DNA of 64,000 bases from Candidatus Moraniibacteriota bacterium (GCA_041583775.1 JBFHFF010000001.1:27528-91527), one strand, 5' to 3'. Positions 9,645-17,968 are shown, numbered from the stretch's first letter. Notes: generated by a model not told the origin, from the letters alone. Translations and numbers: made by a program.

Positions 9645-10263
9645 TAGACAAAGAATATGGAATTCAAGTTGTTGTTTGAAATCAAAAAACCCAATTCCAA
9701 AAATTAGGTTTCGTGATGCTACCACAAAATTGTCAAATTGTTTTAACAATTTTATGGAAATTTACTCCTAAAAAATTTAGCTATAAAAAGTTGCTTTTTT
9801 GAAAATCTGAGGGTTTGCAGGATAAGCAAACCCTCTAAACGAGTAAGATGAGGCGTTTTTTAATAAGCAAAAACCCTTGCTTATTTTCCCAAAAACTCCT
9901 TAATCCTAATTCTCTTCTTTTCTGTTAATCTTTTTCTTGCTTTGAGCTCTCTTGAAGAGAGCTCATTAGCAGCTAAGTGCCCTCCTCCTTTCAATGCGCA
10001 CATTTTTCTTTCTGCATTGGCAATTTTAATTTCCATCTTTCTTTTGGCCTTTCTGGACATTGAACCCTCCTTTTTTTAAAAAAATCACCCTACTCGTTTT
10101 GACCTAATTGCAATTTTGCAATTTAAGCCAGGAAAAAAACGCAATTAACTTACGCTCTATTCCAGACTTAGGTCGTTTTTAAAAAACTAATCATTAAATC
10201 TACTAACACCACCAACCTTCCTTATCAAAAAGGTTACTACTTAGAAAAACACTACTTTGTCCA
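9645..10263 (-). ncRNA. Candidate large structured RNA enclosing a small ORF
   Basis: Nested long-range helices 10255-10263/9645-9653, 10204-10218/9706-9721, 10085-10099/9837-9851 plus local hairpins; DNA-level mismatches are G-U pairs on the minus strand; promoter immediately upstream. Confidence 0.5.
9881..10060 (-). CDS. Small basic hypothetical protein, 59 aa (not in ORF track)
   Basis: Strong SD GGAGGG upstream of ATG 10060; MSRKAKRKMEIKIANAERKMCALKGGGHLAANELSSRELKARKRLTEKKRIRIKEFLGK*. Confidence 0.65.
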   Translation of the reverse strand: MSRKAKRKMEIKIANAERKMCALKGGGHLAANELSSRELKARKRLTEKKRIRIKEFLGK

Positions 10264-10265
10264 CA

Positions 10266-10293
10266 ATTATACAAATATGTCAATATTTGTCAA
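10266..10293 (-). promoter_or_regulatory. Sigma70 promoter
   Basis: TTGACA-16 bp-TATAAT on minus strand. Confidence 0.75.
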
Positions 10294-10453
10294 CAAAATT
10301 TATCAAAAAAACAAATTTACTAGCCCAAATTTATTTTAAAAATGGAACACCTTTATTCATTTTTTAGCTCATTTTTAATAACAAAAGAAATCATTGAACT
10401 TCTATGTTTCAAAAAATAAAGCTATTTTTTTACTTTTTTGAGCATCAATAAAC

Positions 10454-10488
10454 AAAAAACCCACGCCGGTATGCAAACCAGCGTGGGT
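10454..10488 (-). terminator. Intrinsic terminator after the Cys4-protein pair
   Basis: acccacgctggt-ttgcat-accggcgtgggt-ttttt. Confidence 0.85.
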
Positions 10489-10515
10489 ATATTCAAGGTT
10501 GATAAATTCAGAGTT

Positions 10516-10773
10516 CTAAATTAAAGAACTAGGAGGCTCTGGATGAATAATCGCCCTCCTGCCAATTCCTAAAAAGTTTTTATCTTTCTTTGTTTCACTA
10601 ACAAAGAAGGTGCATCCAGGAAACTTACCTTTAGTCCTAGCTGCAATAACCGGGCAAGTTCCGTTCACTATCATTCCCTTACAATTGCCCTCACTCAATG
10701 CACTGTTTTGACAATCTGGTACTACGGCTATCTCAATTTTTACTTCCAACAATTGATCTTCTACCTTAGGCAT
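10516..10773 (-). CDS. Hypothetical Cys4 protein, 85 aa
   Basis: SD AGAGG before ATG 10773 (MPKVEDQ); C-x9-C-x8-C-x13-C with NGTCPV. Confidence 0.7.
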   Translation of the reverse strand: MPKVEDQLLEVKIEIAVVPDCQNSALSEGNCKGMIVNGTCPVIAARTKGKFPGCTFFVSETKKDKNFLGIGRRAIIHPEPPSSLI

Positions 10774-10833
10774 AATTAATTTCCTCTTTTGATTTAAAAT
10801 AATAATGATTGGAATCAAAAACTCTAAAAAACG

Positions 10834-11352
10834 TTAATAAACATTCTCCTTTTCTCTTAATGAATCAATTCTCAAACCATCAATTTTTTTCTCTGCATTT
10901 AACCCAGCGAAAATATCGTAGTCCTTATATCTCTCAACTACAATGCCTTCCTTATCCAAATGATAAATAACGAAGACTAGCCCAAAAAGATTCTTTACTG
11001 TAGAGCATAGGCTGTCCAATAGGAATTCATCGGATTTTTTTTCATCAATCCTCTCAATATCACCAATGATAAGAAAATCACCTCCGATACTACCAACGAC
11101 AGCTCCAAAACCAATCGGAATTTTTTGGGAGAATTTTTGAGCAATCTCTTTAAGCTTGGAAAAATCAGGTTTATTCGTTTTTTTCACAACAGCCTCCTTC
11201 ATTTTAAAAATTCTAGACCGAACTGTTTTGCATCGATCTGTAGGTCTTACTATGCCAGCAGAAATAGGACAAGTTCCATCAAGGACAGAATCGAAACACT
11301 TTTCTGTTCCTTGCTCTTCAATAAATGGACAATTAACTACTAATTGCAACAT
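10834..11352 (-). CDS. Hypothetical protein with N-terminal Cys4 domain, 172 aa
   Basis: SD GGGGAGG before ATG; C-x10-C-x8-C-x12-C with DGTCPI. Confidence 0.72.
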   Translation of the reverse strand: MLQLVVNCPFIEEQGTEKCFDSVLDGTCPISAGIVRPTDRCKTVRSRIFKMKEAVVKKTNKPDFSKLKEIAQKFSQKIPIGFGAVVGSIGGDFLIIGDIERIDEKKSDEFLLDSLCSTVKNLFGLVFVIYHLDKEGIVVERYKDYDIFAGLNAEKKIDGLRIDSLREKENVY

Positions 11353-11495
11353 AGCAAATTCCTCCCCAGAAATTAGATGTAATTAAGTGCTTTAAGTAAT
11401 TACACAGCGACTTGAAATACTTACAAAAATATTTTAACTATAAAGCTAAAATAAATAGACCCCTAAATCCCTTACCACCTTGAATTTCAAAGAAC

Positions 11496-11584
11496 AAAAA
11501 ACTGACCTCGTTTGGAGGTCAGTTTATTTTTATTGGTAAAGTTTCCTAATTCATCTTTTTACCCACAAAAACAAAACGACCTCC
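11496..11584 (-). promoter_or_regulatory. Transcription attenuator: mutually exclusive antiterminator (11558-11584/11514-11540) and terminator (11496-11525)
   Basis: 27-nt arms with 25 pairs including 3 G-U; terminator aaactgacctc-caaac-gaggtcagttt-ttt shares the gacctcc strand. Confidence 0.72.
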
Positions 11585-11650
11585 TGAAATCAGTAGGAGC
11601 AAGATGCTCAAAATCACAGCATAAATTGTTTTCACGGATTGTTTTTTCAT
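11546..11650 (-). CDS. Leader peptide, 34 aa (not in ORF track)
   Basis: MKKQSVKTIYAVILSILLLLISGGRFVFVGKKMN*; ATG 8 nt after the -10 box; stop lies in the antiterminator loop. Confidence 0.62.
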   Translation of the reverse strand: MKKQSVKTIYAVILSILLLLISGGRFVFVGKKMN

Positions 11651-11658
11651 ATAAAATT

Positions 11659-11686
11659 ATTTTATATCTTTTATTATTTTTGTCAA
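11659..11686 (-). promoter_or_regulatory. Sigma70 promoter for the leader peptide/attenuator
   Basis: TTGACA-16 bp-TAAAAT on minus strand. Confidence 0.65.
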
Positions 11687-11765
11687 CAGGCAAGACATTG
11701 ACATATGCATTCAAATATATAATAGTTAGCTTAAATAATAAATCTATTTCTATAAAAATATCTCG

Positions 11766-12698
11766 ATGGAAAAACCAAAAGTTATTGTGATCCTAGGACC
11801 AACCTCTTCTGGAAAATCAGATATAGCAATTTCATTGGCAAAAGAGTTTGATGGTGAAGTCATTTCAGCAGACTCAAGGCAGATATATAGAGATATGAAT
11901 CTAGGAACGGGAAAAGTTGAGGGTGAATGGCGAATTGTAGCAGAAAATCCTACAAAAAAAGCATTCTATTCTGAAGAAATTCCACACCATTTATTAGACT
12001 TTCGCTCTCCGCGCGGAGAGTATAATATCTCTCATTTCAAAAAAGATTGCGAGGGGAAAATAAAAGAAATCTCATCCCGAGAAAAATTGCCGATTATTTG
12101 TGGTGGAACTGGATTCTGGATTGATGCGGTTGTTAATGGTATTGTTTTGCCCCAAGTCAAGCCCGATATTGTCTTGCGAAAAAAACTTGAAACTAAAACA
12201 ACTGGATTTTTAGTTAAAGAATTACAAAGATTGGATAGAAATAGAGCTAACCACATAGACCAGAAAAACAGAGTGCGTCTTATTAGAGCAATTGAAATTG
12301 CAACAAAATTAGGAAAAGTTCCAGTACTAAAAACTAAAACTACTTCCTGTTTCGAATTTTTGGAAATTGGAATTGATTGGCCACAAAAAAAATTAGATGA
12401 AAAAATAAAAAAACGCTTAACAAAGCGTTGGCAATCAGGGATGGTTGGTGAAGTTCAAAATTTAAAAAATAAATATAATCTCAGTTGGAAAAAAATCCAA
12501 TCATTTGGTCTTGGTTATTTTTGGATACCCCTTTTTATAAACCAAGAAATCACAGAGAAAGAACTGACAGAGCGTGTCTTTATCGCAGAAAGAGGCTATG
12601 CGAAAAGACAAAGAACTTGGCTTTCTAGAAACAAAAAAATTATCTGGGAAAATAACTTGGACAAAATCAAAGAACTTGTTGAAAATTTCTTAAAATAA
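11766..12698 (+). CDS. miaA: tRNA dimethylallyltransferase
   Basis: GPTSSGKS, ISADSRQIY, CGGTGFW, YAKRQRTW. Confidence 0.97.
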   Translation: MEKPKVIVILGPTSSGKSDIAISLAKEFDGEVISADSRQIYRDMNLGTGKVEGEWRIVAENPTKKAFYSEEIPHHLLDFRSPRGEYNISHFKKDCEGKIKEISSREKLPIICGGTGFWIDAVVNGIVLPQVKPDIVLRKKLETKTTGFLVKELQRLDRNRANHIDQKNRVRLIRAIEIATKLGKVPVLKTKTTSCFEFLEIGIDWPQKKLDEKIKKRLTKRWQSGMVGEVQNLKNKYNLSWKKIQSFGLGYFWIPLFINQEITEKELTERVFIAERGYAKRQRTWLSRNKKIIWENNLDKIKELVENFLK

Positions 12699-12700
12699 AC

Positions 12701-12737
12701 AAAAAAACACATCCTCGGGCAAGAGGATGTGTTTTTT
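12701..12737. terminator. Bidirectional intrinsic terminator after miaA
   Basis: aaaaaacacatcctc-gggcaa-gaggatgtgtttttt. Confidence 0.9.
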
Positions 12738-13026
12738 AAAACCACCTTTTTACAAGCAGTTTGGGTTGTCTAAAGAACTATTAAAGTCGTCACCACATCT
12801 CTGTTTCTATTTAGAAATAAAAATTATTCAGAGATGTTTTTATTATAACAAAATAAGCCTGAAAATTTCATAAAATTTTTATGAAATTTTTATGAAATTA
12901 ACCTTTCTCCAATTTAAATTTCGTTTAGATTATTATCTATATAAAAAAGAAGTGGTCCAAGGAGAATCCCTCAAACCACTTTTGAAAATTTTTCCCTACG
13001 GAAAGAAAAAGAACTCTCTAAAAATT

Positions 13027-13224
13027 TTAATTCACTTCCGTGACTAATTTAGTACAAGCATGCAATAAGTATCTTTTCTCTGTTTTTGTATGGCTATCAT
13101 TATTAAATCGAACCTTGATCATTTTATATTGAGGACCACAATAACCACCCTCTATTTCAACAACCACACCACCTTTAAATTTGTCCCCTATTTTTAACCC
13201 AAGAAATTTATCTTCATCAGTCAT
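13027..13224 (-). CDS. Hypothetical protein, 65 aa
   Basis: SD GGAGG before ATG; hairpin downstream; no recognised motif. Confidence 0.55.
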   Translation of the reverse strand: MTDEDKFLGLKIGDKFKGGVVVEIEGGYCGPQYKMIKVRFNNDSHTKTEKRYLLHACTKLVTEVN

Positions 13225-13234
13225 AAAACCTCCA

Positions 13235-13570
13235 TCAACTATTTTGGTGTTTATAAATTTCCATCCAAGCTTCTTCTGGAATAAAAATCTCTTTATTTTT
13301 TGGACTTTCTCCAGGGAAAATCCAAGTTGAAATTATTTTTTTCTTCCCTTTTTCAAATTGATACATCACCCAAGTTTCTTTTGTGCTAGATTTCCCTACT
13401 TTACGACGCATAGATGCTACAGTATTTTCAGCGATTCCTTCCTCCTTTCTGTCTGGGAAACGAATAACTCTCTTTATCACATTTGCACCGATTGAGTACT
13501 GAATCATCTTTCTTTTAGAGTGACTTGTCCAATAATAATTTCTATCATTCTTTGGGAATTTAAAATCCAT
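13235..13570 (-). CDS. Conserved hypothetical protein, DUF4258-like fold suspected
   Basis: WTxHxxxKM, VKRVIRxP-like segment, GIAENT, WVMY, KIISTW. Confidence 0.65.
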   Translation of the reverse strand: MDFKFPKNDRNYYWTSHSKRKMIQYSIGANVIKRVIRFPDRKEEGIAENTVASMRRKVGKSSTKETWVMYQFEKGKKKIISTWIFPGESPKNKEIFIPEEAWMEIYKHQNS

Positions 13571-13591
13571 TTTACAAATTTTAATATAAAA

Positions 13592-14068
13592 CTAATTACC
13601 AAAATCAATCAAATCCCCTATATTAATATTGTTTTTTCTAACCCAATCAGCATTAACCTCCAACACCTTGTCATATTCCATACCACCCTTTATTGAACCA
13701 TTATATCGATAGGAAACCCTTTTTGCAATATCAACAACCTTATTCCCTTCAATAAAAATAAAATCTAAATCAAATCTCATATTTCTCATAGAATAGCCAT
13801 GTTGAGCTGATTGTTCATGCACAAAAAGCATTCCCTCATCACTACCCATATGTTCTATATCACTCAAACCTTTAAATCTCGAGCTCTCATCAGAAGAAAC
13901 CTGAACTGTGAGTGGAACTTTATTAATCTTTATCAACTGAGACTCTCCTTTTTCATTTATTTTAGTACTATTGCTATCGGAATTATTTGAAACTTTCTGG
14001 ATCATAAAAAAAACAAACCCAACGATAACAAATACCAAAAAAATATAATCCTTAATTTTTAATTTCAT
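13592..14068 (-). CDS. DUF192 domain protein
   Basis: N-terminal TM; KGLS, GMLF, MRNMRFDLDFIFI, VLEVNA. Confidence 0.9.
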   Translation of the reverse strand: MKLKIKDYIFLVFVIVGFVFFMIQKVSNNSDSNSTKINEKGESQLIKINKVPLTVQVSSDESSRFKGLSDIEHMGSDEGMLFVHEQSAQHGYSMRNMRFDLDFIFIEGNKVVDIAKRVSYRYNGSIKGGMEYDKVLEVNADWVRKNNINIGDLIDFGN

Positions 14069-15077
14069 TTTTTTTATTTTTAGCTAATTTATTTGAAATA
14101 TTTTTAATAAAAAATACTAAACATAGAATTTCAATCAAAACAACTCCCAATTTCCAATTTCTTGATTCCATCATAAAAGAAAAACAAAGTGTTAATGAAA
14201 TAAATATAAAATAATAAGAAACTATTTTGACATCCGACCATCCACAAGCTCTCAACTTGTAATGTAAATGTCTTTTGTCTTTTTTTGTTATTGGCAGATT
14301 ATTTTGCCACCTCTCTATTACAACCCAAATAAAATCAACAAGTGGAATAATTAATACTATCAAAATTGTTGCAATTTTTGTGCCAGCCATTATAGCAGTT
14401 GTGGCTAAAAAAAATCCAATTGCATAGCTACCACTAGTCCCTGCCTCAATTTTTCCTTTTGGAAAATTATTCCACCAAAAACCAAGAATTGCTCCAATAA
14501 AAATAAGTGCCAAAATTGCAATTGCCGGTTGGTTCACATCCTGCGTCAAACTAATCCAAAATAAGGCAATCCCGCCTAAAAGTCCAACTACACCAGAAAG
14601 GCCATTTATTCCATCAGCCCAATTTACTGAATTTATAATCATCAAAAACCATACCAGTACAAAAATAAAACCAAAGAACGAAAAACGAAAATTCCAAATT
14701 TCAAATAAAATTGTATCAATCCGAAAAACCTTCTCAAAAGGACCAACAAAATAATCCACCGAAAAAGAAAACATTACCACCAAAAAAAGAACTAGGATAA
14801 CTTGAAATAACAATTGGTATTTCCAAGACAAATTTAAAATATCATCAAGAATGCCAAAGATTAGGATTGCTACTAATCCAAAAATCAAACCCTTAATTGC
14901 TATAGTAGTCTCTATTTGAGAACTGGCTAAAATAATTACTAACAAGGGAACAGCAACTGCAATTCCCCCAAATCTTCTAACAAAACCCATCCTTGTTTTG
15001 CTTTGGAAAAAGCTAATAGAAAAGGATATTCCCGCGCTCATCAAAACTGCACCTAAAAAATATATTGCCCAACCCAT
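14052..15077 (-). CDS. MraY/WecA (glycosyltransferase family 4) polyprenyl-phosphate sugar-phosphate transferase-like
   Basis: GGIA, GILDD, NSVNWADGINGL, DKRHLHYKL, about 10 TM segments. Confidence 0.85.
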   Translation of the reverse strand: MGWAIYFLGAVLMSAGISFSISFFQSKTRMGFVRRFGGIAVAVPLLVIILASSQIETTIAIKGLIFGLVAILIFGILDDILNLSWKYQLLFQVILVLFLVVMFSFSVDYFVGPFEKVFRIDTILFEIWNFRFSFFGFIFVLVWFLMIINSVNWADGINGLSGVVGLLGGIALFWISLTQDVNQPAIAILALIFIGAILGFWWNNFPKGKIEAGTSGSYAIGFFLATTAIMAGTKIATILIVLIIPLVDFIWVVIERWQNNLPITKKDKRHLHYKLRACGWSDVKIVSYYFIFISLTLCFSFMMESRNWKLGVVLIEILCLVFFIKNISNKLAKNKKNEIKN

Positions 15078-15095
15078 TTATCTAAGATTGAATTT

Positions 15096-16835
15096 TTATT
15101 TACCCTCTTCTTTAACCTCTTTATCTTTCTTAATAATTTTTTCTGTAACCCAAAATTCACCCATATATTTTCCAAGCATAATCTTTGTTTGTGCGTGGAC
15201 TGCTGGTGCTGCACCTAAAAATGGCGCAATAACTGGTGCCAAAAACCACTGAAAAAACATATTTGCATAACGCTTTCTGGAATATCTTGCTGGTTTTGGT
15301 GGCATTAAAAGGAAGCTCAAAAACATAGAAACGACTAATCCTGTCATTGCCAATGTCATCAAATATCTAGTCACATATGGCAAGTTATGTGCCAGAGTTG
15401 TTTCGCTAAATCTTTCTCCTCCGAAAATTAAAGGCAACCAACCCAAAATAGCAAGAACAAAAGAAGCTGTTGCCCAACTATGATGCCCTTCCAACATCGT
15501 AAACATATGTTTAAATTTCTTACTAGTTTTAATTTTTTTATTTCTAATAAAAGCTCGTCCCAACAGGGGAAGGTTTTCAATTCCATATGCCCAACGATGT
15601 TTTTGTTTGTACTGATTTTTGATTGTGTGCCAATAATCATTTCCAAGCACAGCATCCAAAGAAACTGGCAAATAAATAGGCTTCACTTGATAGTCACCAT
15701 CAAAATAATCGTATGCCTTCCAATAAATAACGGAGTCTTCAGATATAACATTAACGGGCCAATAATCAACATCTACTATTGTTTTAAATGCTTCTGAATG
15801 CGAAGAAAAAGTTACCATATGATCTGGCCTCATTGATTCAACCATATGCCAAAATGATGATCCTGTAACAATAACTCTTACTGGGGCGATAGTATCCCAA
15901 AGATTATTGTGATACATCGGTAATGGTTGGTATGCAAAATTCAGCCTTCGTGGCTCAGTTACATATGCATAAGTTAAAGCCGCTAGATATTCTGGGTGAA
16001 TTTGTGTATCACAATCAAAATTAGATAAAACAACACTTTCCAATGGAATATTTTTCTTTTCTAAATATTTTTTCAATTCCTTTGCCGCATAAGTTGTATT
16101 CGCAGCTTTACACTTCATTTCATTACCTTTAACCTCGTGAACGGTAACAATAATATCCATAAAAGTGTCTTTGTACTTGTCTAATAATATTTTCTTTTTT
16201 TCCTCCCGCTTAGCCAAATCTTCTCGTTCCTCCATTGCAAGAAGAATAATAATCTTATCGGTTGGATAATTTGAATTTTTTACAGCTTCAACAGCAGGAA
16301 CAATAATTCCAGCCTCTTCATTGGCAGTTGGAAGCATAATAACATGATACACTTCCTCCCAAGGCAAAAAATGTTCCCTGTTTTTCAAATCAGCCTGTGC
16401 TCGTATAAGAAAATTACCTCTCTCAAGAATTTTCTGTTTCAGTTCTTTCCGCTCTTTTCGCTCCATTTTTCCCTCGCTGAGTTCTTTTTTTAATTTTTCA
16501 ATTTCAGCCTTTAACTCATCAACCAATGAATCTCCCTTGAAAATTGCCTCCAGTCTATGAAACCAATCGATTTTTTTCCAACGACTCAATTTCCTATATG
16601 CTATAATCGAATAAATTGAAATATAGATTGTTCTATAAATCCAATAGATATCAAAAAGAATAATAAAAATTGCTACCCAAACTGGAACAATCCAAGAAAA
16701 AATAAACATCCCTAGCAATGTAAACCAACAAAAAAATCCTGGCAAAATTTCAAAAAAGCGTTGCCATTTTCTTTCTTTTGGATTGGTGGTCTTTGGGTCT
16801 GGATATGCCCAGTTTTTTTTATAAACTTCACTCAT
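15096..16835 (-). CDS. Membrane-embedded processive GT2 glycosyltransferase
   Basis: DCD (DxD), ISED, QKHRW (QxxRW); N- and C-terminal TM segments. Confidence 0.88.
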   Translation of the reverse strand: MSEVYKKNWAYPDPKTTNPKERKWQRFFEILPGFFCWFTLLGMFIFSWIVPVWVAIFIILFDIYWIYRTIYISIYSIIAYRKLSRWKKIDWFHRLEAIFKGDSLVDELKAEIEKLKKELSEGKMERKERKELKQKILERGNFLIRAQADLKNREHFLPWEEVYHVIMLPTANEEAGIIVPAVEAVKNSNYPTDKIIILLAMEEREDLAKREEKKKILLDKYKDTFMDIIVTVHEVKGNEMKCKAANTTYAAKELKKYLEKKNIPLESVVLSNFDCDTQIHPEYLAALTYAYVTEPRRLNFAYQPLPMYHNNLWDTIAPVRVIVTGSSFWHMVESMRPDHMVTFSSHSEAFKTIVDVDYWPVNVISEDSVIYWKAYDYFDGDYQVKPIYLPVSLDAVLGNDYWHTIKNQYKQKHRWAYGIENLPLLGRAFIRNKKIKTSKKFKHMFTMLEGHHSWATASFVLAILGWLPLIFGGERFSETTLAHNLPYVTRYLMTLAMTGLVVSMFLSFLLMPPKPARYSRKRYANMFFQWFLAPVIAPFLGAAPAVHAQTKIMLGKYMGEFWVTEKIIKKDKEVKEEGK

Positions 16836-16843
16836 AAATAAAA

Positions 16844-17317
16844 TTAGTTAACAAATAATATCGCTAATGAATAAACAAAAATTGCTACTTGTGTCAAAAA
16901 ACCTCCAACTACAATCAAATTGCTCCCCAATAAATTAGCATCTATCGATGCCAATGACTCTTCGTGTTTTTCTGCATCTTTTATATCAATTGGAGTTGAT
17001 AAATACAAAAGAATTCCTGCCAGAAAAATGTCTAAAACTAAAACCCCTATACCACCCACAGGAACTAAAAACAGATCAGGATAAAGCCCTTCCGTAGCAT
17101 TTAACATTAAATCTATTCCGAGATATGCATTATAATGAAGAATGATAATTTCTTGATTAAGTTTTGTTAATTGCCATAAGACAATCCAAGATATAGCATT
17201 CAATAATATCCCACCATAAATGAAAAAAGCCGAAAATTTCCTACCCCAAAACAACTTTAAAAAAATATCTTTACAGTCTTCTTTTATTTCCCCTATTTTA
17301 GCAAAAAAATCTTTCAT
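16844..17317 (-). CDS. Hypothetical membrane protein
   Basis: 3 TM segments, IILHYNAYLGID motif. Confidence 0.7.
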   Translation of the reverse strand: MKDFFAKIGEIKEDCKDIFLKLFWGRKFSAFFIYGGILLNAISWIVLWQLTKLNQEIIILHYNAYLGIDLMLNATEGLYPDLFLVPVGGIGVLVLDIFLAGILLYLSTPIDIKDAEKHEESLASIDANLLGSNLIVVGGFLTQVAIFVYSLAILFVN

Positions 17318-17344
17318 TAAAATTTATTCAACAATCTAACCATT

Positions 17345-17968
17345 TTAAGATTTTTTATTACGCTTCATTTGAAGGACTTCTTTTTGCATATTATTCAAAA
17401 TAATTTCATGTGGTGCCTCCAAAAGCTCAGTGATAAATTTATCAAACATATTCACCCTGTACTTAAATTCAGATGTACTCATCAAAGAATAGTTGATCTC
17501 TCTACCCATCTCGGCCTCTAAATCTTCTAATAAATGTTTTAATTTAGCCTTTGAGATTAAATCTCCAACCACCAAAAGATCTGTCTTGGATTTTGAATTA
17601 TCAACAAAAACACCAGATATTAAACTAAGCTGAACCTCTCCTAGACTTTGAATCTTCCCTAAACTTTCACATTGAGGATAAAGATTTGATTTAATTACAA
17701 CTGTTTTCAATTCATGCACAAAAGAGAATTTCTTATTCAAAAAATAAAGCTTCTTAGCTTCTTTTCCCTCTTTGCTTTGAGTGCTTAAAAAACCAGCCTT
17801 AACCAATTGAGCTAAGATTCCCGCAATCTTTCTGCCATCAACCTTATTCCTTAGTGCCACCTCACTGTTTGTGAACTTCTCTTCGGAATTAAGTAAAAAC
17901 ATCTTAATCAAACGCCATCTCTCCCTCGAACCGAACAGAGCTTCTAGTGAATTTTTCATCGTAACCAT
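17345..17968 (-). CDS. Winged-HTH + degenerate nucleotidyltransferase-like protein
   Basis: LEALFGSRERWRLIKMFL wHTH; SGVF..DLLVVGD..GREINY MNT-like C-terminus. Confidence 0.7.
   Translation of the reverse strand: MVTMKNSLEALFGSRERWRLIKMFLLNSEEKFTNSEVALRNKVDGRKIAGILAQLVKAGFLSTQSKEGKEAKKLYFLNKKFSFVHELKTVVIKSNLYPQCESLGKIQSLGEVQLSLISGVFVDNSKSKTDLLVVGDLISKAKLKHLLEDLEAEMGREINYSLMSTSEFKYRVNMFDKFITELLEAPHEIILNNMQKEVLQMKRNKKS

Noticed and set aside
9645-10263. Identification of the structured region as RNase P RNA, tmRNA, 6S RNA or a group I/II intron
   Set aside because: No GAGGAAAGUCC, no tRNA-like ends or tag ORF, no group II domain V and no group I core motifs were recognisable by eye
9421-11700. 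Integrated element at tRNA-Pro
   Set aside because: No integrase and no duplicated tRNA 3' end; the accessory region lies 5' of the tRNA rather than 3'
11512-11790. 92-aa + strand ORF upstream of miaA
   Set aside because: Runs antisense through the attenuator and promoter region; no SD or motif
12862-12900. Short AT-rich palindrome and 11-bp tandem duplication (tttttatgaaa)
   Set aside because: Only two low-complexity copies; expected by chance in AT-rich DNA
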